Assembly (NCBI RefSeq): GCF_004010195.1
Contig: NC_057718.1
Location: 22,514,291-22,578,290, forward strand
DNA length: 64,000 nucleotides
From: Chiloscyllium plagiosum
Lineage: Eukaryota
Direction of reading: 5' to 3'
This document shows, piece by piece, positions 39,675-53,821 of this stretch. The translations under genes and the position numbers were made by a program. Below the pieces are notes generated by a model that saw only the letters and a program-made list of their open reading frames with translations, searched no databases and was not told the origin of the DNA. Each line of letters opens with the position of its first letter. Position 1 is the first letter of the stretch.

Positions 39675-40030
39675 CAATCATAAAATCCCTACATGTGGAA
39701 GCAGGCCATTCAGCCCACTGAGTCCATGCTAACCCTCTGAAGAGCATCCCAGACCCCCTTCCGCCCCTCCCCTATCCCTTTAATCCTGCATTTACCATAG
39801 CTAATTAACCTCGCCAGCACATCCCCAGATATCATGGCAATTTAGCATGGCCAATTCACCTAATTTGCACATCTTTGGACTGTGGGAGAAAAACCAGAGC
39901 ATCCAAAGAAAACCCAAGCAGACACAGGGAGAACGTGTAAACTCCACACAGACAGTCACCCGAGGCTGGAATCGAACTGGTTCTTGGTATTGTGAGGCAG
40001 CTGTGCTAACCACTGAGCCAATGTGCCACC
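39675..40030 (-). mobile_element. HE1/V-SINE-like SINE
   Basis: A box TGGCTCAGTGG and B box GTTCGATTCC on minus; colinear with other copies. Tail-only copies at ~3570-3742 and ~32050-32215. Confidence 0.88.
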
Positions 40031-40637
40031 AATCTTCCTATTGCTTCCTATTAAAGCATCAAACAAATTGCTGTGAAAATGTTCCAATTAATACTTGATT
40101 TAGCTAGTGTCATGTAGTATAAATAGCATTAAGCAAGCAGCCCAATATCATAATGATACATAGCTGACCAATTAGTCATGAACAACATGCTGAAAATGTT
40201 TCTATTCTGAATGTGGTTGCTTGGTTTCACTAGTAGGATAGCTGCGAGATTCTGTCTTTGATCTTGCTGTCCCAGTATTAACAGGAGAAAAAAAACAGTT
40301 TTTAAATGCAGGGATAGATATCAGCAGCTGGGCTACATTGTTTACACTATTAAATGACCTCAAAGACCCATTGCCTAGACTCATAAATAGAGAATGGTCA
40401 CCTGTGTGGCATATTCTACAGCTGTGCGAGGTAGTGGAACCGTATCCCAGTGATACCCGGAGGAGAAAGGTGACAGATGGGCATAGAAATTATGCCAAGA
40501 AATGCAAAGCTACAGTTGTTGAACTAAGAGATGCTTTCACATCAGATACAAAGAAATGTGATGATAGCTGCAAAGCTCAAGCTCTCTGACTCTCGTCTGC
40601 CTTGATGAATTTTTCTATAAATGTTTGTCCAATGCAG

Positions 40638-40797
40638 CGTCAAGCGAAGCAATTGCTACATGGTGTGGGCCGGAGAAAGCACGAGCCCTGGACAGAGCCG
40701 TAATAACAATGGGCTGGAAATAGGCTGTCTGGTGGATACTGCCAGTGGCTTACTGACATTCACAGCCAATGGCAAGGAATTAAATACATATTATCAG
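40638..40797 (+). CDS. RYR2: RYR2 coding exon (SPRY3; ~exon 34)
   Basis: aatgcag|CGTCAAG...TATCAG|gtatgt; 160 nt; (S)[53 protein letters not shown]. Confidence 0.95.
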
Positions 40798-40949
40798 GTA
40801 TGTTAAATTGAATGGAAGGAATGACCTGTCTTTTTCTCCTATATAGCAACAGGATTAAACCATTCTACCTCTCCACATTGTTGCACCATTCAATCAGATA
40901 AAATCTAATCTGAACCACAACTTCCCATTTACCCACTTTGTTATTCTTG

Positions 40950-43900
40950 TGTTATGATTCCCAGCTGATGTTACTATTACACCTTCTCCCGCCTCCAACA
41001 CACTTCATCCACCTGGACACCCCATGCTGGCCTATTACCCACCTTCGATCTCTTCATTTCCAACTGTCGCCGGGACATTAACCGCCTCAACCTGTCTACC
41101 CCCCTTCCCCACTCCAACCTCTCACTCTCACAATGCGCAGCTCTCCACTCCCTCTGCTCCAATCCCAACCTCACCATCAAACCAGCAGATAAAGGGGGTG
41201 CAGTGGTAGTTTGGCACACCGACCTCTATAGTGCTGAAGCCAGGCGCCAACTCGAAGACACCTCTTCCTACCTCCCCTTCGACCTCAGCCCCCATCACCA
41301 AACCATCATATCTCAGATCATACACAACCTCATCACCTCAGGAGATCTCTCCCACTTACAGCTTCCAATCTCATAGTTCAGGAACCCCACACTGTCTGAT
41401 TCTACCTCCTTCCCAAGATCCACAACCCTGACCACCCTGGCCGACCCATCATCTCAGCCTGTTCCTGTCCCACCAAACTCATTTCCACCTACCTCGATAC
41501 TGTCCTATTCCCCCAGTCCAGGAACTCTCCACATACGTTTGGAACACCACCCACACCCTCCACCTCCTCTAAGACTTGTGTTTCCCTGGCCCCCAACCCC
41601 TCGTCTTCATCATGAACATCCAGCCCCTCTACATCTCCATCCGCCATGCCCAGGGCCTCAAATCCTTCCATTCCTTCCTCTCCCGACATCCCCACCAGTA
41701 CCCTTCCACTGACACTCTCATTCGTTTGGCTGAACTGGTCCTCACCCTCAACAATGTCTCTTTCTCCCACTTCCTCCTGACGAAAGGGGTAGCCATGGGC
41801 ACCTGCATGGGCCCCAGCCATGCCTGTTTCTTTGTCGGCTACACAGAACAGTCCATCTTCTGCAGTTTCACTGGCACCACTCCCCACCTTTTCCTTTGCT
41901 ACATTGATGACTGCATCGGCGCCACCTCGTGCTCCTGCGAGGAGGTTGAGCAGTTCATCCATTTCACCAACACATTCCACCCCAACTTTAAATTCACCTG
42001 GACCACCTCTGACACCTCCCTCCCCTTCCTAGACCTCTCCATCTCCATTAATGATGACTGACTCAACACCGACATTTTTTACAAACCCACCGACTCCCAC
42101 AGCTACCTGGATTACACCTCCTCCCACCATACCCTTCGCAAAAATGCTATACCCTATTCCCAAATCCTCCTCCTACGCCGTACCTGCTCTCACGAGGATC
42201 AGTTCCATCACAACACACCAGACAGCCTCCTTCTTTAAAGACCATAATTTCCCCTCCCACATGGTTGAAGATACCCTCCAATGCATCTCGTCCATGTCCC
42301 GTACCTCTGCCCTCAAACCCCACCCCTCCAACTGCAACAAGGACAGATCCTCCTTTGTCCTCACCTTCCACCCCACCAACCTCCACAAAAACTGCATCAT
42401 CTGCCGACATTTCCGCCATCTACAAATGGACCCCACCACCAGGGATATATTTCCCTCCTCACCCCATCTGCTTTCTGCAAAGATCATTCCCTTCATGACT
42501 ACCTGGTCAGGTTCATGCTCCCCAACAACCCAACATCCCCTCCTAACACCTTCCCCTGGCACTGCAGGAATTGCAAAACATGCACCCACACTTCTCCCCT
42601 TACCTCCATCAAGGCCCCAAAGGAGCCTTCCACATTCATCAAAGTTTCACCTGCACTTCCACAAATGTCATTTATTGTATCCGTTGCTCCCGATGCAGTC
42701 GCCTTTACATTGGGGAGACCAGACGCCTTCTCACAGAGTGCTTCAGGGAACATCTCCGGGACATCCGCACCAATCAGGCCCACCTCCCCGTGGCCAAGCA
42801 TTTCAACTCCCGTCCCCACTATACTGAGGACATACAGGTACTGGGCCTCCTCCAATGCCACTCCCTCACTACTCAACGCCTGGAGGAAGAACGCCTCATC
42901 TTCTGCCTCAGAATCCTTCATCCCGGGGCATCAATGTGGACTTCACCAGTTTCCTCATTTCCCCTCCCCCCACCTTACCCCAGTTCCAAACTTCTAGCTC
43001 AGCACCAACCTCATGACCTGCCCCACCTGGCAATCTTCCTTCCCACCTATCCGCTCCACCCTCCTCTCTGACCTATCACCTTTACCCCTTCCTCCATCCA
43101 CCTATTGCAATCCCAGCTACTTACTCTCCAGCCCTACCTCCTCCCATTTATCTCCCCACCCCGGAGGCTCCCAGCCTCATTCCTGATGAAGGACTCCTGC
43201 CCGAAACGTCGATTTTCCTGCTCCTTGGATGCTGCCTGAATTGCTGTACTTTTCCAGCACCACTCTAATCTTGATGTTACTATTAGTCAAGTCAGATCCC
43301 AGAATGAAACCTGACTTGATAGATCATATTTTATTTCTGTCTAATTCAGTGTCGTATTATGTAAGTGCACAAGGCTGCAGATACAGTTTTAACAATGAAA
43401 CAAAAGTTTATTATTGAAAGAGAAGGAAAAGTAAAATAAACTATCTACATATAACAGAGTTTAAAACATTTTTAAAATCTAGCTAAACATAATCTCATCC
43501 ACTCCCCAACTCCATCCCTTAATAATTAATCAAAATCCTAGGAAATATTCTTTCCCTATCAAATCAGTAAATTAACTGAAAATTTTCAGTTCCAGTCCAG
43601 TGAACTGTAAATCCTTTCTGTTTGATTCACACAACTGAGCTCTTAACCAAACATAACTGATCTGGAAGTTTTCACAAACTGAAGCCGTTACACTGAGGTA
43701 ATGGATTCCCTTAACTGCTCTGAAGAAACTCCCTTGTCGAGGAGAAGCTATCCTTGCATCTGACTTGCGTCAGGTCTCCTTTGAAATGAACTCAAGAGTT
43801 TTAATTAGCTTTAAAATAAAACTTGCCCATCCTTTCTTCTGTTAAAATAAAGTCTTTTTTTTTGTCCCTTCCTTTGGTATACCCCACAATATAAGCAATC

Positions 43901-44093
43901 TTCAACTAAGCTCCAAGTGATCTTCAAACATTGACTCTCTTACACATACTGATTTAAAATCATGGCTCTGAAATAAAACACAAAGTTAGTTATTAATCTC
44001 TTCACAAAAATACTGACCAATAGCTACTAATCATTCGTTTGAAATCCAAAATCATTTATGTATCTACATAAATACCACACACCTTTCATTACA
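40950..44093. mobile_element. Solo LTR (TG...CA, 4-bp TSD) split by a Penelope-like insertion
   Basis: cttg|TGTTATGA at 40946-40957 and TCATTACA|cttg at 44086-44097; ~840 bp once the insert is removed. Confidence 0.6.
40980..43271 (+). mobile_element. Penelope-like retroelement, 5'-truncated (RT + GIY-YIG + pLTR)
   Basis: IKPADKGGAVVVW, KGVAMGTCMGP, LCYIDD RT motifs; NVIYCIRCSRCSRLYIGETRR GIY-YIG; pLTR with CTGATGA...GAAACGTC at 43183-43210; 14-bp TSD tgatgttactatta at 40966-40979 and 43272-43285; frameshifted. Confidence 0.93.
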
Positions 44094-45959
44094 CTTGCCA
44101 TAATTCACTTTGATCTATATCCTTCAACTACCAAATATCAATGATCTTGAGTTATAAAAGTATCCTTTGTTCCAGGATTCGCAGATTTTTAGGAAAATCT
44201 CTGAATTTCAAATATTCTTTGTGTAATATTGTGTTTCTTGTTTTGGTTATTTTGCTGCACTGCTTTACATGACATTCTGTGGTGAAGCAGATCATCATTT
44301 GGCTTTTCTGCTAAGATACCGGGTGATATACAAAAGACCTTTTTTCATTCAACCAGCATTTGTTGTCCATCCTTAGTTAGCCTTGAATTGGGGGTCTAGC
44401 AAGGCCATTCCTGAGGGCAGTTAAAAGTCAACCCCATTACTGTTGAACTGACACTGCTGTCCTTACCAAATGGACTTACTATGCCAGATGGATTTTTACA
44501 ACAGTCCATGATAGTTAGCATTTGGGTGGAACCTATGCATTCCAGCAGTGGGTTTGGAAATAGAGGAACTGAGAAGATCTAGCTGGTAGCTTTTGTGCCA
44601 ACTGCTCTGACCGGTTTGATAGAGGGGGAAGCATCAGACCGTCTGCCTGCCCTTCAGCCCAGTAAGTGGCCATGTATTTGGCATCTGACAGGAGCAAGGC
44701 CCGTGCCTTGTGAGATACCAGCAGCTTTGACTGTGTGGGTAAGTTTTGGGCAAGTGGGAGGAGAAATAACCTCCTGCCCAGATCCCCTGAGCTCACTGGG
44801 GACAGTCACCAAAATCATGCTTCTCCTTTTACAAATCTGATATAGAAAACAAGTGTCAGCAGTGGAGACCAAGAAAATGACCATGAATAAGTTGGGCTTA
44901 TACCCATTGGATTTTAGAAGAGTGATACGTCACCTTCTTATCTAAAATCCTGAAAAAAAATTGACAGGACAATTATTGGAAGGATTTTTCCTCTAGTGGG
45001 GGAGAGTAGAAATAGGAGACTCAATTCCTTTCTTTCAGGGTCTCCTTTTAACACAGAGATGAGGAGAAATCATTTCTTCGTGGTTATTCTACGGTTTCTT
45101 CTGAACAGAAAGCCATAGAGGCTGTATGAGTTAAATGGTTTTTTGATTGAGGAGAGTCTAGAGTAATGGCAGGGTCAGATAAGAAAGTAGGAAGCCTCAA
45201 AAGATCAGCCATGACCTTATCTAATGGCGAAGCACGATTGAAGGACTGCAAAGACAATTCCTGCTTTTATGTCCTATGTTCCTATGAAAATACTGGATTA
45301 TAATAGAAACCTGCCTACTTCACTCATGAACAGATGGAAACCTGCTCTTCTTACTAGGTAACTCCAGACCCACAGTAATGTTATTGATTGCCTCTAAATG
45401 GACAGCTCAGTTCTACCAAATCTGCAGCAGTGGAACACAGAATACAAGGAAGTAGCTCACAACCACCTTTTCAAGGGAAATTGGGGTTGGCAATAAATGC
45501 TGGCCTCGCCAGCAGCATCCACACCCCTATAATGAATGAATTTTAAGACCCAGGAAAATCATATTCTTATCCCATAGGCAATGACATATTTTGAGTTGCA
45601 TCATTGTAGGCCTGTGTGGGGGTAAGTGGGCATGTAACAAATCAATACAGTCATAACATCTGACTCCAAAAAATCTGATTTTTAATTCATATAATTTCTT
45701 TCTTAAAGAGCTCAAGTTTTGTGTCGTGAGAGTATCTGACACTTTTATAGAAGGCCTATCCTCATATCCTAGTTATCCGAATATTGCTGGAAAGTGCATT
45801 AAGATAATGAAAATTTTCTCACGACACAGCATTTTTGTTATGTAAGAACTGATGATGGATTGTGATGTCTGTGATTGACCAATTTTCAAAAATATTTTTT
45901 GGAACTTGTTGTAAAAACAGTGGGAAATCAAGTCACCAGTGAGCATTCTTCTGTATACT

Positions 45960-46086
45960 AGGCGAAAGTGAGGACTGTAGATGCTGGAGATTAGAGTCAA
46001 GAGTGTGGTGCTGGAAAAGCTCAACATCTGAGGAGCAGGAAAATCAATGTTTCGGGCAAAAGCCTTTCATTCAGGAATCCTGAATC
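45960..46086 (-). mobile_element. Solo Penelope-like pLTR (family A)
   Basis: 12-bp direct repeat cttctgtatact at 45948-45959 and 46087-46098. Confidence 0.8.
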
Positions 46087-46540
46087 CTTCTGTATACTGG
46101 CTGCAATGAGCTTCTCTCTGCAATGGATTTTTGCAGAGTACGCTGCATTAAAATTGCTTCATGCATTGCGATTTATAAAAATAATTAAAATGAAGTACAC
46201 AGTCAAGTGATGGATGAGTGGGTGGCATGGACTACATTATAATTTATTCATCTTCTGGATTATTGTGGGCTTGTTGCTAATTTATAATTTTAAGTAGGTC
46301 CCACTTTAACAAAAACATCACCAAGATAATTGTTGGAAAGTGCTATATTAATATGCCTGAGCACTTGTTGGTATGTCCAGTGAAATACTGATATGCATGT
46401 TATTAACCATTTGAAATGCAAGGATTCAATTATCTTAATGAACTCAGACTGACAAGATAGAAAAGTAGGCTGCCTTTCTAAAAATTGACCATAACCACTC
46501 AGTTTCCTCAGCAATAATATGATCTTCATTCTGTGTTTAG

Positions 46541-46627
46541 GTGGAACCAAGCACAAAACTGTTTGCAGCAGTATTTGCACAAGCCACAAGTCCCAATGTG
46601 TTCCAGTTTGAACTCGGAAGAGTTAAA
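46541..46627 (+). CDS. RYR2: RYR2 coding exon (~exon 35)
   Basis: gtttag|GTGGAACCA...GTTAAA|gtaagt; 87 nt; VEPSTKLFAAVFAQATSPNVFQFELGRVK. Confidence 0.95.
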
Positions 46628-48005
46628 GTAAGTAACACTTGAGTTAAGTTCCAAATTGCATGCTTCCAGTGAGAAGGCTTTCTTGAAGTCAGTGAAGCAT
46701 TGCAATAGAGCTACAAAAATTGTCTGCGAGTGTAGAATTAGTGATTTTTATCAGCCACTGGCTGTTAAGAAACTATCTATCCATTATTAAAAGATATTTC
46801 TCACAGTTCAAATAATGTTGAATGTTTAGGACAATCGAAAGAAAAACAATTATTTTATGCCGCGATCTTTCACTTGTAGGTTCAAATTTACAGGTTCCTA
46901 GTAATATACAATCGGTAAGATTTTCACTTTACCATCTCCTATTTACTGTGGACTTAAAGGGACAAGCCTTATGAACTAGAGGTTCACTTTAGCAGAAAAA
47001 TAATACATTGCCGATCATACTCTTCCCATCATTATGTAGCAACCTAACACACTAGTGATAATGTGAAGTATTGAATTTTGAATTTCATTCTTTGGTTATA
47101 ATACCTGGAATTTTTCATGGACTGAAATGGGTTTTCAACGGAAATATCTCTATTAAAAATAATAAGCCTCAGTAACCATCTGACTACAGGTTGACCAAAC
47201 TTCACCCAGTCATAACAATTTTTAACCTCTGTGATTGGCCAAAACAAATGTTGAAGTTCCTTTCCACTGCAAGGTTATTCCTGACAAGTCAAAGTGAAAT
47301 TAACTAGGTCACATGGGAGCCAATTACAAAATTCTCATGAGTGAAATAAAGAGCAATCTTGTTCTTTGCTAATGCCAAAAAAAATAATGAAGATGTGATA
47401 TCAAACACACAGGTTGAAGGGGACAGTTTCCAGTCCAAGAGGGAGACAAAAGGATATGCAGGGTCAAGTCCAGAAGTTTAACCTGGGACCAGGAATAGTT
47501 AGGAGTGTTCTGTATCAACAATAGCTGCAAATACTACAGATATCTTTGTGCTGCCATAATGTATCATCTTTATGTGCTTTGTCCATCTGAATAGAGAGAA
47601 AACACTGTCTAATTCTGCAGTCACAAATCCATCTACAATATGTGAAAAATCATGTAACAGTGTAAATCCAGATAGGAGACAATGATTTGTTCATACTATG
47701 CATGATTGATTGGCTTCAGTGTCTTTTCATAACATGTTGACTTTGGTTTGGATTGTCTGTTTCTGTTGGTTGGTTTTACACAGTTGGTCAACATATGGTT
47801 AGGTGATTACTGTAGTTATTTTAACTCTGTGTTTTTCCTTTGTGAAACCATTTTAGTCCATGGAAGTTCCAGGTATTGAAATCAAATGATGAAATTCAAA
47901 AATCAATGGTAAATATTTTACCACTACGTGAAAAAGGCATCATGTAAAATATAAGATTTTTGTGAGCAAATCTTTGATGTAAGACCGTATTCCAAATGTC
48001 TGGTA

Positions 48006-48342
48006 GGGCAGCACGGTGGCTCTGTGGTTAGCACTGCTGCCTCACAGTGCCAGAGCCTTGGGTTCAATTACAGCCTCAGGTGACTGTCTGAGCGGAGTTT
48101 GCGCATTTTCCCTGTGTCTGCATGGGTTTCTGCTGGGTGCTCTGGTTTCCTCCCACAATCCAAAGATGTGCAGGTTAGGTGAATTGGCCATGCTAAAATT
48201 GCCCATAGTGTTCAGGGATATGTAGGTTAGGTGCATTAGTCAGGGGTAAATGTAGGGGAATAGGTCTGGGTAGGTTACTCTTCGGAGGGTCGGTTTGGAC
48301 TTGTTGGGCTGAATGGCCTGTTTCCGCACTGTAGGGATTCTA
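48006..48342 (+). mobile_element. HE1/V-SINE-like SINE, full length
   Basis: gggcagcacggtggctctgtggttagcactgctgcctcacag...ggttcaatt; tail ...ctgtagggattcta. Confidence 0.9.
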
Positions 48343-51300
48343 GCTTGCAAAAGTGGAGCTTAAGTTGCATTAGTCAAATTACAACACATCCCTTCTCTCG
48401 GTATAATCTATTTCACTGGTTCATAATATTAACTGAGTAGATAAAAAGGGATGAGGCTGACATTTAACCTCTGATATTATTATTGTGATAATTAATTGAG
48501 AAAAAAGGGGGGGCATTTGCTTTGTTAATAAAATTTCAAATTCATACGAGCAGGAGCTGGTGAAGATTTTTTCATTTGCCCAGCCCGTTCTGCTATTAAA
48601 CGAGATGATAACTAACCTGTGAGTTAATTCCATGTGCCCCCTTTGCCCAATGCCCCTTAATATTTGGTTAATGTAGAATGATCAATTTTAATTTTTAAAA
48701 TAAAGATTCAACTAACATCACTGCCATTTCCAGAAGAGAGTTCCAAACCCTGACAATACTTTTATGTGAAAAGGCATTTCCTACGTTCAGCCCTGAAAGC
48801 ACTGCCTTGAACTGTTAGGGCTGAATTTACACTCCTCATTGGCTCTGCAAAGGCAATCTAGGTGGACAATAGAATTTTCATTCGGAATAACTAGGTTCCT
48901 TGGGGTCTGCTCAGGAATCCCTGGAAGTGAATGTAGAGGATGTTGGTATGGAGGAGGACTGAAGACCTGTCAAGTGGGCTTCAGTACTGTGCCCAAAGAG
49001 ACTGTCTGTCACTGCAAAAATCTAGGCCTTTGATTCCTTCAGTGGTGTAAATCGTTTCTCCCTCTCTACCCCATCAGTTCCCCTTAATATCATGAAGAGT
49101 TTAATCGAATGACCCTTAACTTTTAAAAATTTCAATCACAGTTTTGTGATTTGAAATTTTAAATTAAAAGCGAAGAAATGCAATGTTTTAACTTCCTGGT
49201 TTTCTGTTTGTGGGAATGCTTCATTGTGATTGGCTACTCATTCTTCTTGCTGTGACGCTGCTGCTGGACTGCTCAGGATCCCCTTGAACTGGCATTACAT
49301 GGAAACTGCAGGTGGGGAAGAAGGAACTCTCTACCATGGAGGAGGTGGCCAAAATCTTTGGGGGCAACCTTTTACAAAGTCAGAAGCAAGTACTAACCAT
49401 TGCACTGCTGACCACAAAATCCAGGACACAGGGAAGAAATTAAAACTTTGAAGATTCTACTCCTTAACAAAGAACTTATCTCATTTAGAATTGTAATTAT
49501 CATGTGGTAAACATTCACTTGTAATACATGGTTTGAGAGGTACAAATGAAGAATAACCTTGATAGTGAAGAAGGTGTTTGGGAAGCATTGAATACAGGAG
49601 TTGGGAGGTCATGTTGTGAAATAAAAGATTTGTTAAACTTGGAAAAGGTTTCGAAAATATTTACAAGGAGGTTGCTAGGGTTAGAGAGTTCGAGCTATAG
49701 GGAGAGGCTTAATAGACTGTGGCTATTTAACTGGGAGCACTGGAGGCTGACGTTTGTAAAATCATGAAGGGCATGGATAGGGTGAATAGCCAAGGTCTTT
49801 TTAACAGTGTAGGGAAGTCCAAAATGAAAGGACATAGAGGGTGCTATGGAATGAGCTGCTAGAGGAAGTGGTAGAGGCTGGTACATTGAAACATTTAAAA
49901 GGCATCTGAATGGGTACATGAATAGGAAGGGTTTAGTGATATGTGGTCTAAATGCTGGCAAATGGGACAAGATTAATTTAGGATACCTGGTCAGCTTGGA
50001 CGAGTTGAACCGAAGGGTCGATTTCCGTGCTGTACAACTCTATGAATCTATGACTCTAAACAGTACAAATGAGAGTGCATGTAACTACAAATTCAGATTA
50101 TGACTACAAATTTTACTTTATATTAGAATTTCTCCAAACAATTATTTTAATGAAATATCTGGTGAGAACAATATAAGATTTCTTGTTTGGCACTCACTCC
50201 AATCTCTATAATGGAATGTTCACATTCCCTTGCAGGGTTAATGTTGTTAGATAGAAGGAATCTGCTGATTTACTCCAGCCAAACTACAGCAGTCTGGAGA
50301 TCCTAACAGTGTTCAATAGAAGGATCACTGGACCCGAAATGTTAACTCTGCTTTCTCTCCACAATGCTGCCAGACCTGCTGAGTTTTTCCAGCAATTTGT
50401 CTCTGATTTCCAACATTCACACTTCTTTGTTTTTTCTTCTAACAATTTATTTTGTTTGTACTAAAGCAACAAACTTTCATCATATCTCTTGTATGTTCAC
50501 CACTTGGTCTATTAACTTATTTCAGGGTGAGCATTTATAATCAGAATACTTATATTGCATTTCAAAAGTTTTTCATGACTCATTCAATGGCTGTGAAGTG
50601 TTTCATTTGTGTAAAGCAGCTGTTGTATTTTGAACTGCAGTCAAGTTAAACCTCTTTGTCATGATCAATGAAGGCAAACATATTGATCATCATTTCAGCT
50701 ATTGCTACGTTTTTGGAAGCAGTAATATTTTTGTTAATTTTAGTACCACCTAGTGTTGTTCCGATGTTAACTTGCATCAACCTGTTGTTTACAGTTGGTT
50801 CTGTGTGTTGGTTGGGCAGACACTCGTATCCAACAAGATTCTTGCGAAATAAGGGGAGGGTGAAAGCTGTTAAGTTAGTGGAATGTGGACTAATCCGATC
50901 TTACTGAAGGGTAGATCAGGTTCAAAGATCCTAATCCTGCTTCTAAATCATATATTTGTAAATATTACAACTAAAAATCAGGGTCTAAGGGATATGATTT
51001 TGATTGCCTTGTAGTTCATAGTTCTGCTGATTTCAGTCATTCTATGGTCTGTATAACTATTTCTGCTCATCCTCCGATCACTGCTTTACATTTATAAATG
51101 ATCAACTCCTAGTTTTTCAGCTTGAATAAAAAGAGAAACAAAAGGAGATTAAGTTAGTCCATATGTGCAGAAAAATATGGAGGAAGGGACTACGATGACC
51201 AGGATCAGTTGAGCCTTTAGGAATCAACACTGAGTTTAACAATTTCAGAAGTTCAACACCCTCCTTCATGTTCGTTACCCACCCCCACACTCCTGGGTCC

Positions 51301-51875
51301 TGTTCTGTGTAGGTTGCTCCCAGCAAAGGCAAAACCTTTTTCAACCATTTATACTTTTTGCTGACACCCTATCTACCATTCATATCCTTCTCAGCTAATC
51401 ATCAGCAATCCTTTTGTTTGCCTCTACTTGTCTGTCTTTCTCTCTGTCTCTTTTACCAACCTTTCCCAATTGCTTTCAGTTCTGATAAAAGGGTCTTTGG
51501 ATTTGAAACATTAACTCTTGCTTCTCTCTCCACGGATGCTGCCAAATCTGCTGAGTTTCTCCAGCATTTTGTCTCATATTTCCAGAATGTCTGCAGCTGT
51601 TTGTGTTATTTTATTCAATTATTTTTAAGTTGTTCTTCTTTCACTTCACAAACAAGATTACCCTCGGTATTTCAATATTTGCTTAAGGTCAGCTCTTATA
51701 GGTGCACTTTGATAAATTAAACTGGAATCAATATGGATTTCATTCAATCAGTCGACATTTGAAAGTCAGTGTAATTGTGTTGGGAAGTCAGGACCGTCCT
51801 GTTATGAAAGGATTGATATTGTAATTGTTTTCATCATGACTAGGAGCAATCTGCATTTCTTTTGTTTATTTTCAG

Positions 51876-52102
51876 AATGTAATGCCCCTCTCAGCCGGAT
51901 TGTTTAAAAGTGAGCGCAGGAATCCAACACCACAGTGTCCTCCTCGGCTTCATGTCCAATACCTTACCCCTGTGCTATGGAGCAGGGTGCCAAACGAATT
52001 CTTAAAAGTGGACATCAGTCGTGTTAGTGACCGCCATGGATGGCAGGTGCAATGTACAGAACCGCTAAGATTCATGTCTTTACATATTCCTGAAGAGAAC
52101 AG
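51876..52102 (+). CDS. RYR2: RYR2 coding exon (~exon 36)
   Basis: ttttcag|AATGTAATG...GAACAG|gttagt; 227 nt; [75 protein letters not shown](R). Confidence 0.96.
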
Positions 52103-52750
52103 GTTAGTGTCCAGAAGCATTACCATGGCAACATTCTGTGAACAGTTTGTACCTGTGAACTCTAAGTGTGGCCAAAACAACAGCACACACCTCACATCAG
52201 TATTTTTATCCTAACTTAATGAGTTCTAATACACAATTCATTTATTGATCCATTTGGTTTTTTTGGCATGCACGGTCAGAAAACCATGCTGAGCATCTAA
52301 GTGAAAGAGGAGGTCCAAACAGAGTGAGCACCATAAAGCAGCACACGTTTTACGTGATGATGTCTACTTTTAAGTGCTGGCTGTCAGGGCTTTATTGACA
52401 TTTAAGAATGGATTAGATTGGATGTTGAAAGACATGGTTGACAAGAAATATGGGAGCAGGGTTTACACAAGGGATAGGCATATTAATACCAACATGGGCT
52501 GATTGGCTTAAATCTATGTTAATGTCATTCTAATTATTATTGATTAGCAATGTCCTCAGCAGCACTGTATCTGTCCGTCTGCACATTTAGTTCTCCCTGG
52601 TCTGGATAGTCTAAATATAAGATTTGTTATGCAATGTAAATCTGACCTTCTTTAAAGTGCAGTAATTTAAAAGAAAACACAAGAAGTTTTACATATGTAC
52701 TAATATTAATTAAAATTTTAACCTTTCCTTCGATTCTTTATGATATGTAG

Positions 52751-53552
52751 GGCTTTGGATATCTTGGAACTCACAGAGCATGAGGACCTGCTGAAATTTC
52801 ACTACCATACCTTGCGTTTGTATTCTGCAGTTTGTGCTCTGGGCAATAACCGAGTGGCCCATGCCCTTTGCAGCCATGTAGATGAGTCTCAATTGCTGTA
52901 TGCGATAGAAAATAAATATGTACCTGGTTTGCTGCGGACAGGTTATTACGATCTACTCATTGACACGTACCTTAGTACATATGCCACTGCCAGGCTGATG
53001 ATGAACAACGAGTTCATCGTTCCGATGACAGATGAGACCAAGAGCATTACTTTGTTCCCAGATGATAACCAAAATCATGCGGTCCCTGGAGTAGGCCTCA
53101 GCACCTCACTCAGGCCTAGAATGCAGTTTTCTTCAGCCAGTTTCGTCAGTGTGACTGGGGAGTCTTTCCAATACAGCCCAGAATTTCCTCTGGACATCCT
53201 GAAGGCCAAAACGATTGAGATGCTGACAGAAGCTGTGCAGGAAGGCAGTCTCCACGTCCGAGACCCAGTTGGCGGCACCACCGAGTTCCTTTTCGTTCCC
53301 CTGATCAAGCTTTTTTACACGCTGCTTATTATGGGCATTTTCGGCAGCGAAGATTTGAAGCATGTTTTACAGCTCATTGAGGCCAGTGTGTTTGCCGAAA
53401 ATACTCAGACAACAGAAGAAAATGTAACGAATGAAAAGGATGTAAGTAAAAGTGAACAAAAAATGGAAGGAGGCGATGAAGAATTCAAAAGTGACCAAGT
53501 CCCCAAAGAAGGGCTACTGCAGATGAAACTCCCTGAGCCAGTTAAACTTCAG
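52751..53552 (+). CDS. RYR2: RYR2 large coding exon (junctional solenoid/handle, DR3; ~exon 37)
   Basis: atgtag|GGCTTTG...CTTCAG|gtaaca; 802 nt; ALDILELTEHEDLLKFHYHTLRLYSAVCALGNNRVAHALCSHVD...EGLLQMKLPEPVKLQ. Confidence 0.97.
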
Positions 53553-53821
53553 GTAACACTTAAAGAAAATCTGAATGTTTATGTACTCATGCTTGTTAGG
53601 GGTAACATCTAAATTAGTAGATGTTTATATTCTACAAACAAGAATGTCAGAAAATTCAATGCCGATTGCATTTTATGCATAATTTCAACTATTTAAAATT
53701 ATTCTGGGCAGGATTGACAATGAATGCATTGGTATATCTGTATCTGCTATTTTATTAATGTTTCAAAGCTATTTATTTCATTAAAATACCAGATAAATTT
53801 TATGTAAACTTGTGTTAATGT

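Noticed and set aside
41024..43071. Overlapping 100-258 aa ORFs as intact genes
   Set aside because: Frameshifted pieces and alternative frames of one dead Penelope-like ORF; the same applies to 56316-58628
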